From assembly GCA_000961575.1 (NCBI GenBank), contig LADP01000036.1:24283-88282 (forward strand): a stretch of DNA of 64,000 nt. The letters are read 5' to 3'. Both the position numbers and the translations under genes were made by a program. The notes beneath the pieces are model-generated. The model was not told the origin of the DNA, did no database searches, and worked only from the letters and a program-made list of their open reading frames with translations. The DNA is from Peptococcaceae bacterium BRH_c8a. Lineage in GTDB: Bacteria; Bacillota; Desulfotomaculia; Desulfotomaculales; Desulfallaceae. Of this stretch, positions 20,788 to 29,604 are shown in pieces; position 1 is the first letter of the stretch; the number at the start of each line of letters is the position of its first letter.

Positions 20788-21870
20788 GTGCCGCGAGCAG
20801 TGCAGAATATTTTGTACGTACTAGCGGGGACTGTGACACTGCTGGCCATTTACTTGGCCCTGAAATACGTGCTGCCCGAAGCGTATTCTTGGCTTAAGTA
20901 TCTGCTGGTTGTTTTATTTCCTTTTCTTATTGCCGCCATATTCAGTGCCTTCATGGAACCTTTGGTTGTTCTTTTAAGTAATCAGGGCCGGTTTTCCAGG
21001 GCTGTATCCGTACCGCTAGCCATGTTGCTTTTCTTTGGCAGTATCGGTATTGTACTCACTCTGCTGGTGTTCAGGCTGATTAAAGAATTGAATGACCTTT
21101 CGATGACCTTGCCTGATAGATTTACGGCACTGCAAAATTATATCGACGAGTGGGTTCATAAGGGTGTTGTTATATACGGAACACTGCCCAAAACAGTCAC
21201 CGATAACCTGCACGCTACTCTGTTAAGTATTACTGTAACGCTTCAGAACTGGTCGCGGGAACTAATCAATATATCGCTTCACGTGGTCACCGGAATTCCT
21301 GGCGTAATTTTAGTGGTTATAATCAGTCTGATTGCCACTTATTTCTTCAGTAAGGATCGGGATAAAATAATTGAATTGTGGATTAGATTTATTCCCGCCC
21401 CCTGGGGTGAAAAGACTATAGAAGTGAGTCGTCAGGTATCCAGTGCATTTCAAGCTTATGTACGGGCTCAGTTTGTACTAATTTCTATTAGTACGGTAAT
21501 CAGTATCATCGGACTGCGTCTTATTGGAGCCGAGTACGCTATCACCATTGGTTTAATTATTGGTTTTTTTGACCTAATCCCGGTGCTGGGGCCGGGCACT
21601 ATTTATATTCCATGGGCCATATGGGCATTCATAAACTCGGATGTCGTGCTGGGATTGCAATTACTGGTTTTGTACTTACTGGTGATAGTTACCCGGGCGG
21701 TGATGGAGGCTAAGGTGGTGGCTGTTAATTTAGGACTGCACCCACTGGCTGTGTTGATGGCCATGTATATAGGTCTAAAAACCGTCGGTGTATTGGGGCT
21801 TTTTCTGGGGCCAATCCTGGTTATTGCCATTCAGGCAGCTATTAAGGCCGGTATTTCGGTACATAAATGA
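20788..21870 (+). CDS. AI-2E/PerM-family permease, YtvI-like sporulation membrane protein
   Basis: 360-aa protein with about 8 TM helices and the IPVLGPG...IPWA pattern of the AI-2E transporter family. Confidence 0.7.
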   Translation: MPRAVQNILYVLAGTVTLLAIYLALKYVLPEAYSWLKYLLVVLFPFLIAAIFSAFMEPLVVLLSNQGRFSRAVSVPLAMLLFFGSIGIVLTLLVFRLIKELNDLSMTLPDRFTALQNYIDEWVHKGVVIYGTLPKTVTDNLHATLLSITVTLQNWSRELINISLHVVTGIPGVILVVIISLIATYFFSKDRDKIIELWIRFIPAPWGEKTIEVSRQVSSAFQAYVRAQFVLISISTVISIIGLRLIGAEYAITIGLIIGFFDLIPVLGPGTIYIPWAIWAFINSDVVLGLQLLVLYLLVIVTRAVMEAKVVAVNLGLHPLAVLMAMYIGLKTVGVLGLFLGPILVIAIQAAIKAGISVHK

Positions 21871-21878
21871 TAACTAAA

Positions 21879-21960
21879 CAGGAGTCAGGAGTCAGAAGCT
21901 AGAATGAAAGAACGGTTATCGTCTCGAATTATTCTGAATTCTGACTCCTTAATTATGAAT
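21879..21960 (+). repeat. Heptamer-array palindromic element, copy C (reference copy)
   Basis: CAGGAGTCAGGAGTCAGAAGCTAGAAT, core GAAAGAACGGTTATCGTCTCGAATT, then ATTCTGAATTCTGACTCCTTAATTATGAAT. Confidence 0.9.
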
Positions 21961-22014
21961 AGCTTAATAGTAACAAATAATATTATGACCATCTGTTAAT
22001 CAAAAAGGAGAACC

Positions 22015-23175
22015 ATGATTCAATTAGCTATATTGGGCAGTACGGGTTCAGTGGGGCGGCAGGCCCTGCAGGTGGTGGACAGTTTTAACGGTCAGTTAAA
22101 GCCGGTGGCCCTGGCGGCGGGCGGAAACAGAGAACTGCTGCTGGAACAAGTGCGCAAATTTTCACCCGAGTTGGTAACGCTGGGCAGAGAGGAAGACGCG
22201 AGCTGGCTAAAAAAGGAACTGGGCTCACGAACGGGAACCGAGGTTTATTATGGCCGGGAAGGTTTATTAGCGGTGGCAACTGCATCCGGGGTAGACACGG
22301 TGCTTACTGCCATATCCGGTGCAGCGGGTCTGGAACCCACTCTGGCTGCTATCGGAGCCGGGAAAAAAATTGCCTTAGCCAATAAGGAAACCCTGGTGGC
22401 CGCAGGCGAACTAGTAATGGGTGAAGCTCGCCGTCATGGTACTGAAATCGCTCCGGTGGATAGTGAACATTCGGCAATTTGGCAGTGTTTAAACGGTGAA
22501 AGTCGTGATGATATAGCGCGCATCATCCTTACCGCTTCCGGTGGCCCGTTTCGCAACTGCACCCGTGAAGAAATAGAAAAAGTTACCCCAACCATGGCAC
22601 TTAATCATCCTAACTGGGATATGGGCCCCAAGATAACTGTGGACTCGGCTACCCTGATGAATAAGGGGCTGGAGGTTATTGAAGCCAGATGGCTGTTTGA
22701 TGTTGACTATGATAGAATAAATGTGGTAATCCACCCACAAAGCATCATTCACTCAATGGTGGAATATAATGACGGTTCGGTTATTGCTCAATTGGGCGTC
22801 CCTGATATGCGTCTGCCAATCCAGTACGCCCTGCTGCACCCATACCGACCAGCAGGTGGTGCGCCCAGGTTAGCATGGCCGGTTCGCGACCTAACCTTTG
22901 AAGAACCAGACCTTAAGCGGTTCCCCGCCCTCGCTTTGGCTTACGAAGCGGGTCGGGTGGGAAATACTATGCCAGCTGTGTTTAACGCTGCCAACGAAGT
23001 TTCGGTAGGGGCATTCCTGGCCGGAAAGATTAGCTTTACTGCCATTACCGATATCGTTTCCGAGGCTATGTACGCTCATAATCCGGTTCATTATGAATCA
23101 CTGGATGAGCTGCTGGATACTGACCGCCGGGCGCGGAATCAAACAGAACAACTGATCCGCCGCTGGGAAAATTAG
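22015..23175 (+). CDS. dxr: 1-deoxy-D-xylulose-5-phosphate reductoisomerase
   Basis: ILGSTGSVG, LANKETLV, DSEHSAIWQC and NKGLEVIEA signatures. Confidence 0.95.
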   Translation: MIQLAILGSTGSVGRQALQVVDSFNGQLKPVALAAGGNRELLLEQVRKFSPELVTLGREEDASWLKKELGSRTGTEVYYGREGLLAVATASGVDTVLTAISGAAGLEPTLAAIGAGKKIALANKETLVAAGELVMGEARRHGTEIAPVDSEHSAIWQCLNGESRDDIARIILTASGGPFRNCTREEIEKVTPTMALNHPNWDMGPKITVDSATLMNKGLEVIEARWLFDVDYDRINVVIHPQSIIHSMVEYNDGSVIAQLGVPDMRLPIQYALLHPYRPAGGAPRLAWPVRDLTFEEPDLKRFPALALAYEAGRVGNTMPAVFNAANEVSVGAFLAGKISFTAITDIVSEAMYAHNPVHYESLDELLDTDRRARNQTEQLIRRWEN

Positions 23176-23205
23176 TTCATATAAAATTCTGAGGGCATTT
23201 CTTTA

Positions 23206-23240
23206 TTTTGACTACTGACTACTGACTACTGAATTCTAAA
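23206..23240 (+). repeat. Heptamer array, copy D (solo CTGAC-type arm)
   Basis: TTTTGAC TACTGAC TACTGAC TACTGAA TTCTAAA: five phased 7-mers equivalent to the right arm of copies A-C. No matching left arm lies upstream. Confidence 0.85.
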
Positions 23241-23267
23241 TACCGTAATAAGTTTTTTAGGTAAAGG

Positions 23268-24314
23268 ATGAATCTAATGACTACTTTCTGGGCGGCCATT
23301 TTTGTTTTCGGTATATTAATTTTTTTCCATGAACTTGGCCATTTTGCCGTGGCCAAAGCAGTGGGCATTAAAGTTTATGAATTTAGCCTTGGTTTTGGGC
23401 CCAAGTTGGTTGGTGTGCTCCGCAGTGGCACCGTTTACAACCTGCGATTGCTGCCGTTAGGCGGTTATGTGCGCATGGCCGGCATGGATCCTGAAGACAA
23501 GGAAGCCGTCCAAGGTGAAAGATTTGGCGATAAATCGGTAATGCAAAGAATGGCTGTTATAGCTGCCGGCCCCGTAATGAATTTTGTACTGGCCTGGCTG
23601 CTATTTGCTATTATCCTAGTTTCCCTTGGTGGCGACCCGATAGCAGATAGTACCTCAATAAAGGACGTTGTACCTGGTTCCCCCGCCCAACAGGTTGGGT
23701 TGCAGGAAGGCGACGAAATTTATAGCATTGAAGGCCAAAAAGTGGCCGGGTGGCAAGATATAACATCCGCAATTCACCAGCGTCCCGGTCAGGAAACAGA
23801 TCTTGTAGTGCTCCGGGGCGGTCAGCAGGTAGAGTACCAAGTAACGCCCGAAACCGCCGAGGAAGGTAGGGGGGTAATAGGTATATACCCCTACCGGGAA
23901 TCGGTTAACCCGCTGCTTGCTATGACGATGGGCATCAAGTTAACAGGCCAAACGGTGTATAATATTATTTATTTCATCGGCCAGATGTTTACCGGACGAG
24001 TTCCTGCGGATTTAGGCGGCCCAGTGCGGATAGTGTATGAAATCGACCGGGCGGTGGAGTCGGGGGTTTTGTTCCTATTGCAGTTGGCGGCTTTTTTGAG
24101 TATTAACCTTGGTCTGTTCAACCTGTTCCCAATCCCGGCTCTTGACGGCAGTCGGTTGATTTTCCTTGGTTTTGAAGGATTAAGAGGACGCCCGGTGGAT
24201 CCGGCCAGGGAGAATTATATCCACTTGGTGGGATTTGCGTTTTTGTTACTCCTGGTGGTTTTTATAACCTATAATGACATTTTACAGTTGTTAATGAAAA
24301 ATGCATCTCCTTAA
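23268..24314 (+). CDS. rseP: RIP zinc metalloprotease RseP/RasP (site-2 protease)
   Basis: HELGHF motif in TM1, a PDZ domain, and the NLFPIPALDG motif. The ATG at 23277 has better SD spacing than 23268. Confidence 0.9.
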   Translation: MNLMTTFWAAIFVFGILIFFHELGHFAVAKAVGIKVYEFSLGFGPKLVGVLRSGTVYNLRLLPLGGYVRMAGMDPEDKEAVQGERFGDKSVMQRMAVIAAGPVMNFVLAWLLFAIILVSLGGDPIADSTSIKDVVPGSPAQQVGLQEGDEIYSIEGQKVAGWQDITSAIHQRPGQETDLVVLRGGQQVEYQVTPETAEEGRGVIGIYPYRESVNPLLAMTMGIKLTGQTVYNIIYFIGQMFTGRVPADLGGPVRIVYEIDRAVESGVLFLLQLAAFLSINLGLFNLFPIPALDGSRLIFLGFEGLRGRPVDPARENYIHLVGFAFLLLLVVFITYNDILQLLMKNASP

Positions 24315-24397
24315 AATTAAGGAACCAAATAGCGAGCGGTTAGGTTACGTTATTTAGGTACTGGAGTCACACCGTTTTCGCCGGAGGAATTGCTAAT

Positions 24398-25516
24398 ATG
24401 AAGCGTAGAAAAAGCAGGCCGGTTAACTTGGGCGGGTTTATAGTGGGCGGGGACGCGCCTGTTTCCGTGCAATCTATGACCAATACCGACACCCGGGATG
24501 CTGCAGCCACCAGAAAACAAATAGACAGCCTGGTTCAAGCCGGATGTGAAATTGTACGGGTGGCTGTTCCTGACCTGGAAGCGGTTCGGGCATTGCCCGT
24601 TATACGCAAGGACTTGTCGGTACCCCTAGTGGCGGATATCCACTTTGACCATCGCCTGGCCTTAGCGGCCATCGAAGCCGGGGTGGACGGACTGCGCATC
24701 AATCCGGGCAATATCGGTGGCCACGAAAGGGTGGCGGCGGTGGTAAAAGCTGCCGCGGGTAGGAACATTCCCATTCGCATTGGTGTTAACGCCGGTTCTC
24801 TGGAAAAAGAACTGCTCCAGGACGGTCAGGTAACTCCCCAGGCGATGACGGAAAGCGCGTTACGCCATGTAAGATTGCTTGAAAATATGGGGTTTTACGA
24901 AATCAAAATATCTCTCAAGGCTTCCGATGTGCCGCTGATGGTGAATGCTTACCGTATGCTGGCCCAGAAAGTTGACTACCCGCTGCACATCGGGGTAACC
25001 GAAGCAGGAACACCTTTTGTCGGCAGCATTAAATCATCAGTAGGTATCGGTATACTTTTATGGGAAGGCCTTGGAGACACGGTTCGGGTCTCTTTAACCG
25101 GTGACCCGGTATTGGAAGTTAGGGCGGCATACGAAATTCTTAAGTCTTTGGGACTCAGGCGTCGGGGAGTGGAATTGGTATCCTGCCCCACCTGCGGTCG
25201 CACGCAGATAGATCTAGTACGCATAGCCGAGCAGGTGGAAGAGCGCCTGGCGGGATTGGACATGCCCCTTAAAGTGGCGGTTATGGGCTGTGTGGTCAAC
25301 GGACCTGGCGAAGCCAGGCATGCCGATGTGGGCATAGCCGGCGGTAAGGGCGAAGGGCTCCTCTTTCGCAAGGGCCAAGTGATTAGAAGAGTACCGGAAA
25401 ACGAGCTGGTGGAAGAACTAATGAAAGAGATCGACAACATTGTTATTGGAGGGTACAGGAATGAAGGTTTCGGAAATGCTGGTGCCGACCCTGCGGGAAA
25501 TTCCGGCGGAAGCTGA
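24398..25516 (+). CDS. ispG: 4-hydroxy-3-methylbut-2-enyl diphosphate synthase
   Basis: [15 protein letters not shown] and SCPTCGR signatures. The 3' end overlaps the proS start by 56 nt. Confidence 0.95.
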   Translation: MKRRKSRPVNLGGFIVGGDAPVSVQSMTNTDTRDAAATRKQIDSLVQAGCEIVRVAVPDLEAVRALPVIRKDLSVPLVADIHFDHRLALAAIEAGVDGLRINPGNIGGHERVAAVVKAAAGRNIPIRIGVNAGSLEKELLQDGQVTPQAMTESALRHVRLLENMGFYEIKISLKASDVPLMVNAYRMLAQKVDYPLHIGVTEAGTPFVGSIKSSVGIGILLWEGLGDTVRVSLTGDPVLEVRAAYEILKSLGLRRRGVELVSCPTCGRTQIDLVRIAEQVEERLAGLDMPLKVAVMGCVVNGPGEARHADVGIAGGKGEGLLFRKGQVIRRVPENELVEELMKEIDNIVIGGYRNEGFGNAGADPAGNSGGS

Positions 25517-27188
25517 GGTAGTCAGCCATCAGCTGTTGCTTAAAGCGGGTTTTATCCGTAAGGCGGCGGCGGGGGTATATAATTTGCTTCCCCTGGCCTG
25601 GCGGGTGGTTAAAAAGATTGAACAAATTATCAGAGAGGAAATGGACAGGCAGGGCGGTCAAGAGTTGATGATGCCCATTGTTCAGCCTGCGGAACTGTGG
25701 CGGGAATCAGGTCGCTGGGATGTGTACGGCCCGGAACTGTTCCGCCTCAAAGACAGGCATGGCCGGGATTTCTGTCTTGGCCCCACCCATGAAGAAATAA
25801 TCACCACCCTAGTCAAGGGAGATATTAATTCATATAAGCAATTACCACTGCTGCTATACCAGATCCAGAACAAATACCGGGACGAACGCAGGCCAAGGTT
25901 TGGACTGCTGCGGGGTCGGGAATTCATCATGAAGGACCTGTACTCTTTTGATTATGACCAGGACGGGCTTGATGTCAGTTATAATAAAATGTATGAAGCG
26001 TACAACAATATATTCAGCCGCTGTGGACTGGATTTCCGCCCTGTTGTCGCCGATTCGGGCGCCATCGGGGGTAAGGATACCCATGAATTCATGGTGTTGG
26101 CCGAATCCGGCGAGGCGACCATAGTTTATTGCGAAGGTAAAGAATGCGGTTATGCAGCCAATGAAGAGCGGGCTGAGGCCGTTGTAACGGGGGTAAAGGA
26201 CGATACACCCGTGTTGGAACTGAAGAAGATTCATACCCCGGACTGCCGAACCATTGCCGATTTAGCATCGTTTTTAAAAGTTGCCCCTGAGCGCATGATT
26301 AAAACTATGTTATACACTACCGAAAAGGAAACGGTAGCCGCACTGGTGCGGGGTGACCGGGAGATTAACGAAATAAAGCTGTATAATATTTTGGGCTGCG
26401 TCAAGTTGGATATGGCCGGCCCGGCTACGGTGCTTGCGGTTACCGGTGCCCAGACGGGTTTTGCCGGACCGGTGCAGCTTAAAGGTGTGCGCATAGTGGC
26501 GGATCCCGAGGTTATGACTATGACCAACGCCGTTTGCGGTGCTAACGAAGACGACCATCACTTGGTAAACATAAACCTGGGCCGGGATTTTGAGCCCGAT
26601 ATTGTCACCGATATCCGGTTGGTAAAATCAGGCGAACCTTGCCCCAATTGCGGCAATAAATTACTGGAAGCCCGCGGTATCGAGGTTGGCCAGGTATTCA
26701 AATTAGGTGACAAATACAGCAAGGCCATGAACGCCACTTTTTTAGACGAAAACGGCCAGGCCAGATTGTTTATTATGGGCTGTTATGGAATCGGGGTAAC
26801 CAGAACCATGGCTGCTGCCGTGGAACAATATCACGATGAACGGGGGATTATTTGGCCGGCTCAGATTGCGCCTTACCACGTAGCGGTGTTGCCGGTGAAC
26901 CATAAGGATGAACACCAGTTTGGCACGGCGGAAAGCATTTATCGGCAACTTGTGGCGACCGGGGTGGAAGCGGTGCTTGATGATCGCCCGGAACGAGCCG
27001 GAGTTAAATTCAAGGATGCCGACCTGGTAGGGTACCCGTTGCGCATTACTGTGGGTGATAAGGGTCTGGCTGCCGGTCAGGTCGAGCTTACTACCCGGCA
27101 AACCGGGGATATGAAAATGGTACCCCTGGATAAAATAGTGGATGAGGTAAAAAGCAGCCTGCTTGGATTGGGTTACACTGGGTTGTAA
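25461..27188 (+). CDS. proS: Prolyl-tRNA synthetase (bacterial type with editing insertion)
   Basis: [13 protein letters not shown] start after GGAGGG. Class II motifs [16 protein letters not shown] and GCYGIGVTR are present. Confidence 0.95.
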   Translation: MKVSEMLVPTLREIPAEAEVVSHQLLLKAGFIRKAAAGVYNLLPLAWRVVKKIEQIIREEMDRQGGQELMMPIVQPAELWRESGRWDVYGPELFRLKDRHGRDFCLGPTHEEIITTLVKGDINSYKQLPLLLYQIQNKYRDERRPRFGLLRGREFIMKDLYSFDYDQDGLDVSYNKMYEAYNNIFSRCGLDFRPVVADSGAIGGKDTHEFMVLAESGEATIVYCEGKECGYAANEERAEAVVTGVKDDTPVLELKKIHTPDCRTIADLASFLKVAPERMIKTMLYTTEKETVAALVRGDREINEIKLYNILGCVKLDMAGPATVLAVTGAQTGFAGPVQLKGVRIVADPEVMTMTNAVCGANEDDHHLVNINLGRDFEPDIVTDIRLVKSGEPCPNCGNKLLEARGIEVGQVFKLGDKYSKAMNATFLDENGQARLFIMGCYGIGVTRTMAAAVEQYHDERGIIWPAQIAPYHVAVLPVNHKDEHQFGTAESIYRQLVATGVEAVLDDRPERAGVKFKDADLVGYPLRITVGDKGLAAGQVELTTRQTGDMKMVPLDKIVDEVKSSLLGLGYTGL

Positions 27189-27227
27189 GTGTCACCGTTA
27201 AGGAATCTCTTTAGATATGCGACTTCC

Positions 27228-27256
27228 TTGTCAAATCCTAACTTTTATTGTATAAT
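27228..27256 (+). promoter_or_regulatory. Sigma-A-type promoter of the rimP-nusA-infB operon
   Basis: TTGTCA, 17-nt spacer, TATAAT. Confidence 0.55.
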
Positions 27257-27326
27257 AACCATTGGTTTGACGTTTGACTTGAGGTGCGTTTTGCAGTTTA
27301 ACTTTCCAGGGTTATTTCGTTTAAGG

Positions 27327-27355
27327 AGAGTGGGTAAAGCCCACTCTTTCGTCTT
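27327..27355 (+). terminator. Leader hairpin/attenuator upstream of rimP-nusA
   Basis: AGAGTGGG taaag CCCACTCT followed by TTCGTCTT. It lies between the promoter and the rimP SD. Confidence 0.5.
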
Positions 27356-27413
27356 ATACTAATAAAAACCTGTAAACTTGTAAAACGGATGTTGTCCGCG
27401 AGGGGGACTGATT

Positions 27414-27875
27414 ATGGCCACTAACAAGGTAGCGACGGCTGTGGAGGAACTTATTGCGCCGGGACTGGATGATATGGGTATTGAGCTGGTCGACATACAG
27501 TATATCAAGGAAGCCGGTCACTGGTTTGTAAGGATATTCATCGATCAACCCAGTGGCATCGGCCTGGAAGACTGCCAACGGGTTTCGCAGTATGTTGATC
27601 CGCTGCTGGACGAACACGATCTCGTACCCCATGCTTACACACTGGAAGTATCATCCCCGGGGATTGAAAGGCCGTTGAAAAAACTGGCTGATTATGAACG
27701 GTTTGCTGGCCGGCAAATCAGCCTGAACACATTTGTTCCGGTGGAAGGCAGGCGTAAGTTTAAAGGCGTGTTGATGGAGGCCAGCAATCAATCGGTTACC
27801 CTGGAAGCCGAAGGTAACAATATTGTTATTCCCATGGAACAGGTTGCGTCAGCCCGGCTGATTGCTGAATTTTAG
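27414..27875 (+). CDS. rimP: Ribosome maturation factor RimP
   Basis: The pattern LE.VDI.Y....G..FVRIFID...GI.LEDC and its position before nusA. Confidence 0.9.
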   Translation: MATNKVATAVEELIAPGLDDMGIELVDIQYIKEAGHWFVRIFIDQPSGIGLEDCQRVSQYVDPLLDEHDLVPHAYTLEVSSPGIERPLKKLADYERFAGRQISLNTFVPVEGRRKFKGVLMEASNQSVTLEAEGNNIVIPMEQVASARLIAEF

Positions 27876-27894
27876 TGTGGAGGGAAACGGGTAA

Positions 27895-28977
27895 ATGAAT
27901 ACCGAATTCTTGGAAGCCCTGAGGGATCTGGAAAAGGAAAAAAGGATCTCGGTCGATATATTGCTTGAGGCCATCGAGGCTGCGCTGCTTTCCGCCTATA
28001 AAAGGAACTTCGGCTCACTGCAAAACGCTAAAGTACATATTGACCGGGAAACGGGAGATTGCAAGGTATACGCCCGGCGTAATGTTGTTGAGACGGCGGA
28101 AGATCAGCGATTGGAGATTTCATTGGAAGAGGCTCAGGCGATAGATCCATTATATGTGCTTAACGATGTTGTGGAAACCGAGGTTACGCCCCGGAACTTC
28201 GGTCGCATTGCCGCTCAAACGGCTAAACAGGTGGTGGTACAGAGAATCCGTGAGGCCGAACGTAATATAATTTACGAGGAGTTTGCCAACCGTGAGGGTG
28301 ATATTATCAACGGTGTGGTGCAACGCTTAGAACAAAGAAATATATATATTGAGTTGGGTAAAACCGAAGCGATTTTGACCCAGGCCGAACAGATGCCGGG
28401 AGAAAATTATCGGCAGAGCGACCGAATTAAGGCCTATATTGTTGAGGTGCGCAAGACCACCAAGGGCCCGCAGGTTTTTGTTTCTCGCACCCATCCCGGC
28501 TTGCTTAAAAGATTGTTTGAGCTGGAGGTGCCCGAATTACAGGAAGGTGTAGTGGAGTTGAAATCGGTTGCCCGGGAGGCCGGACACCGGTCCAAAATAG
28601 CTGTATACTCCAGAGATGAAAACGTTGATCCCGTGGGTGCCTGCGTGGGGCCCAAGGGTATGCGTGTGCAAACCATAGTAAATGAACTGAATGGTGAAAA
28701 AATAGATATCATCAAGTGGGATCCCGATCCTTCCAAGTTTGTGGCCAGTTCATTGAGCCCGGCCAAAGTAGTAGCCGTTGAAGTCTGGGAAGACGAAAAA
28801 GTGGCCAGAGTAATCGTACCTGATTACCAGCTTTCTTTGGCCATTGGCAAAGAAGGCCAAAACGCGCGACTGGCAGCCAAACTGACTGGGTGGAAAATAG
28901 ATATCAAGAGTGAAAGCCAGATGGCGGAATTATACCCTGATTATGAGGACCTGTTTGCAGAGGAGTTCATAGAATAG
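27895..28977 (+). CDS. nusA: Transcription termination/antitermination factor NusA
   Basis: S1 domain plus two KH domains ([33 protein letters not shown]). Confidence 0.95.
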   Translation: MNTEFLEALRDLEKEKRISVDILLEAIEAALLSAYKRNFGSLQNAKVHIDRETGDCKVYARRNVVETAEDQRLEISLEEAQAIDPLYVLNDVVETEVTPRNFGRIAAQTAKQVVVQRIREAERNIIYEEFANREGDIINGVVQRLEQRNIYIELGKTEAILTQAEQMPGENYRQSDRIKAYIVEVRKTTKGPQVFVSRTHPGLLKRLFELEVPELQEGVVELKSVAREAGHRSKIAVYSRDENVDPVGACVGPKGMRVQTIVNELNGEKIDIIKWDPDPSKFVASSLSPAKVVAVEVWEDEKVARVIVPDYQLSLAIGKEGQNARLAAKLTGWKIDIKSESQMAELYPDYEDLFAEEFIE

Positions 28978-28980
28978 GGG

Positions 28981-29259
28981 GTGGCTGACTTGCCCAGGGT
29001 AAAAAAAATCCCGCAGCGGATGTGTGTTGGCTGCCAGGAAATGAAATCCAAGCGGGAACTAATTCGGGTAGTTAGAACACCGGAAGAGTCTATTGAAATA
29101 GACCATACAGGCAAACGCTCGGGACGCGGTGCCTATATTTGCCCCAGTGTTGAATGTCTGGAAAAGGCTATTAAAGGAAAACGTTTGGAAAAGGCCCTAA
29201 GACACCAAATAGATTCGGGGTTAAAGGAAGGATTGCTGGAAAGGTTGGGTCAACCGTGA
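28981..29259 (+). CDS. ylxR: YlxR/RnpM (DUF448) family RNA-binding protein
   Basis: RMCVGCQEMKSKRELIRVV...GRGAYIC signature and the conserved position after nusA. Confidence 0.85.
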   Translation: MADLPRVKKIPQRMCVGCQEMKSKRELIRVVRTPEESIEIDHTGKRSGRGAYICPSVECLEKAIKGKRLEKALRHQIDSGLKEGLLERLGQP

Positions 29260-29573
29260 CCGGCCCTATACCGCGGATGCTCGGGCTGTGCAGGCGGGCC
29301 GGCAAGGTGTTGAGCGGAGGTACAGCTGTAGAAAAGAGTATCCTGCGTAACGAGGTAAAAGCGTTGGTGATGGCAAGAGACGCCGCACCGCGCAGTAAGG
29401 AAAAATATATCCTACTGGCTAAAGAAAAGAGTATTCCCATTTTCTTTTACGCTTCCAGAGATGAACTGGGTAAACTGTTGGGAAAACCGCCTCGTGCTGT
29501 GGTGGCTATAACCGACGAGCAATTGGCCCGGGGTGTTGCCGGGGCGATGGAAAGGGGCGATGCTGGCTTATGA
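29256..29573 (+). CDS. ylxQ: L7Ae-family RNA-binding protein YlxQ
   Basis: [13 protein letters not shown] pattern. GTGA overlap with ylxR, and the conserved position before infB. Confidence 0.8.
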   Translation: MTGPIPRMLGLCRRAGKVLSGGTAVEKSILRNEVKALVMARDAAPRSKEKYILLAKEKSIPIFFYASRDELGKLLGKPPRAVVAITDEQLARGVAGAMERGDAGL

Positions 29574-29604
29574 ACGTTTGCTAATTTTTTCGGAGGTGAT
29601 TTTT

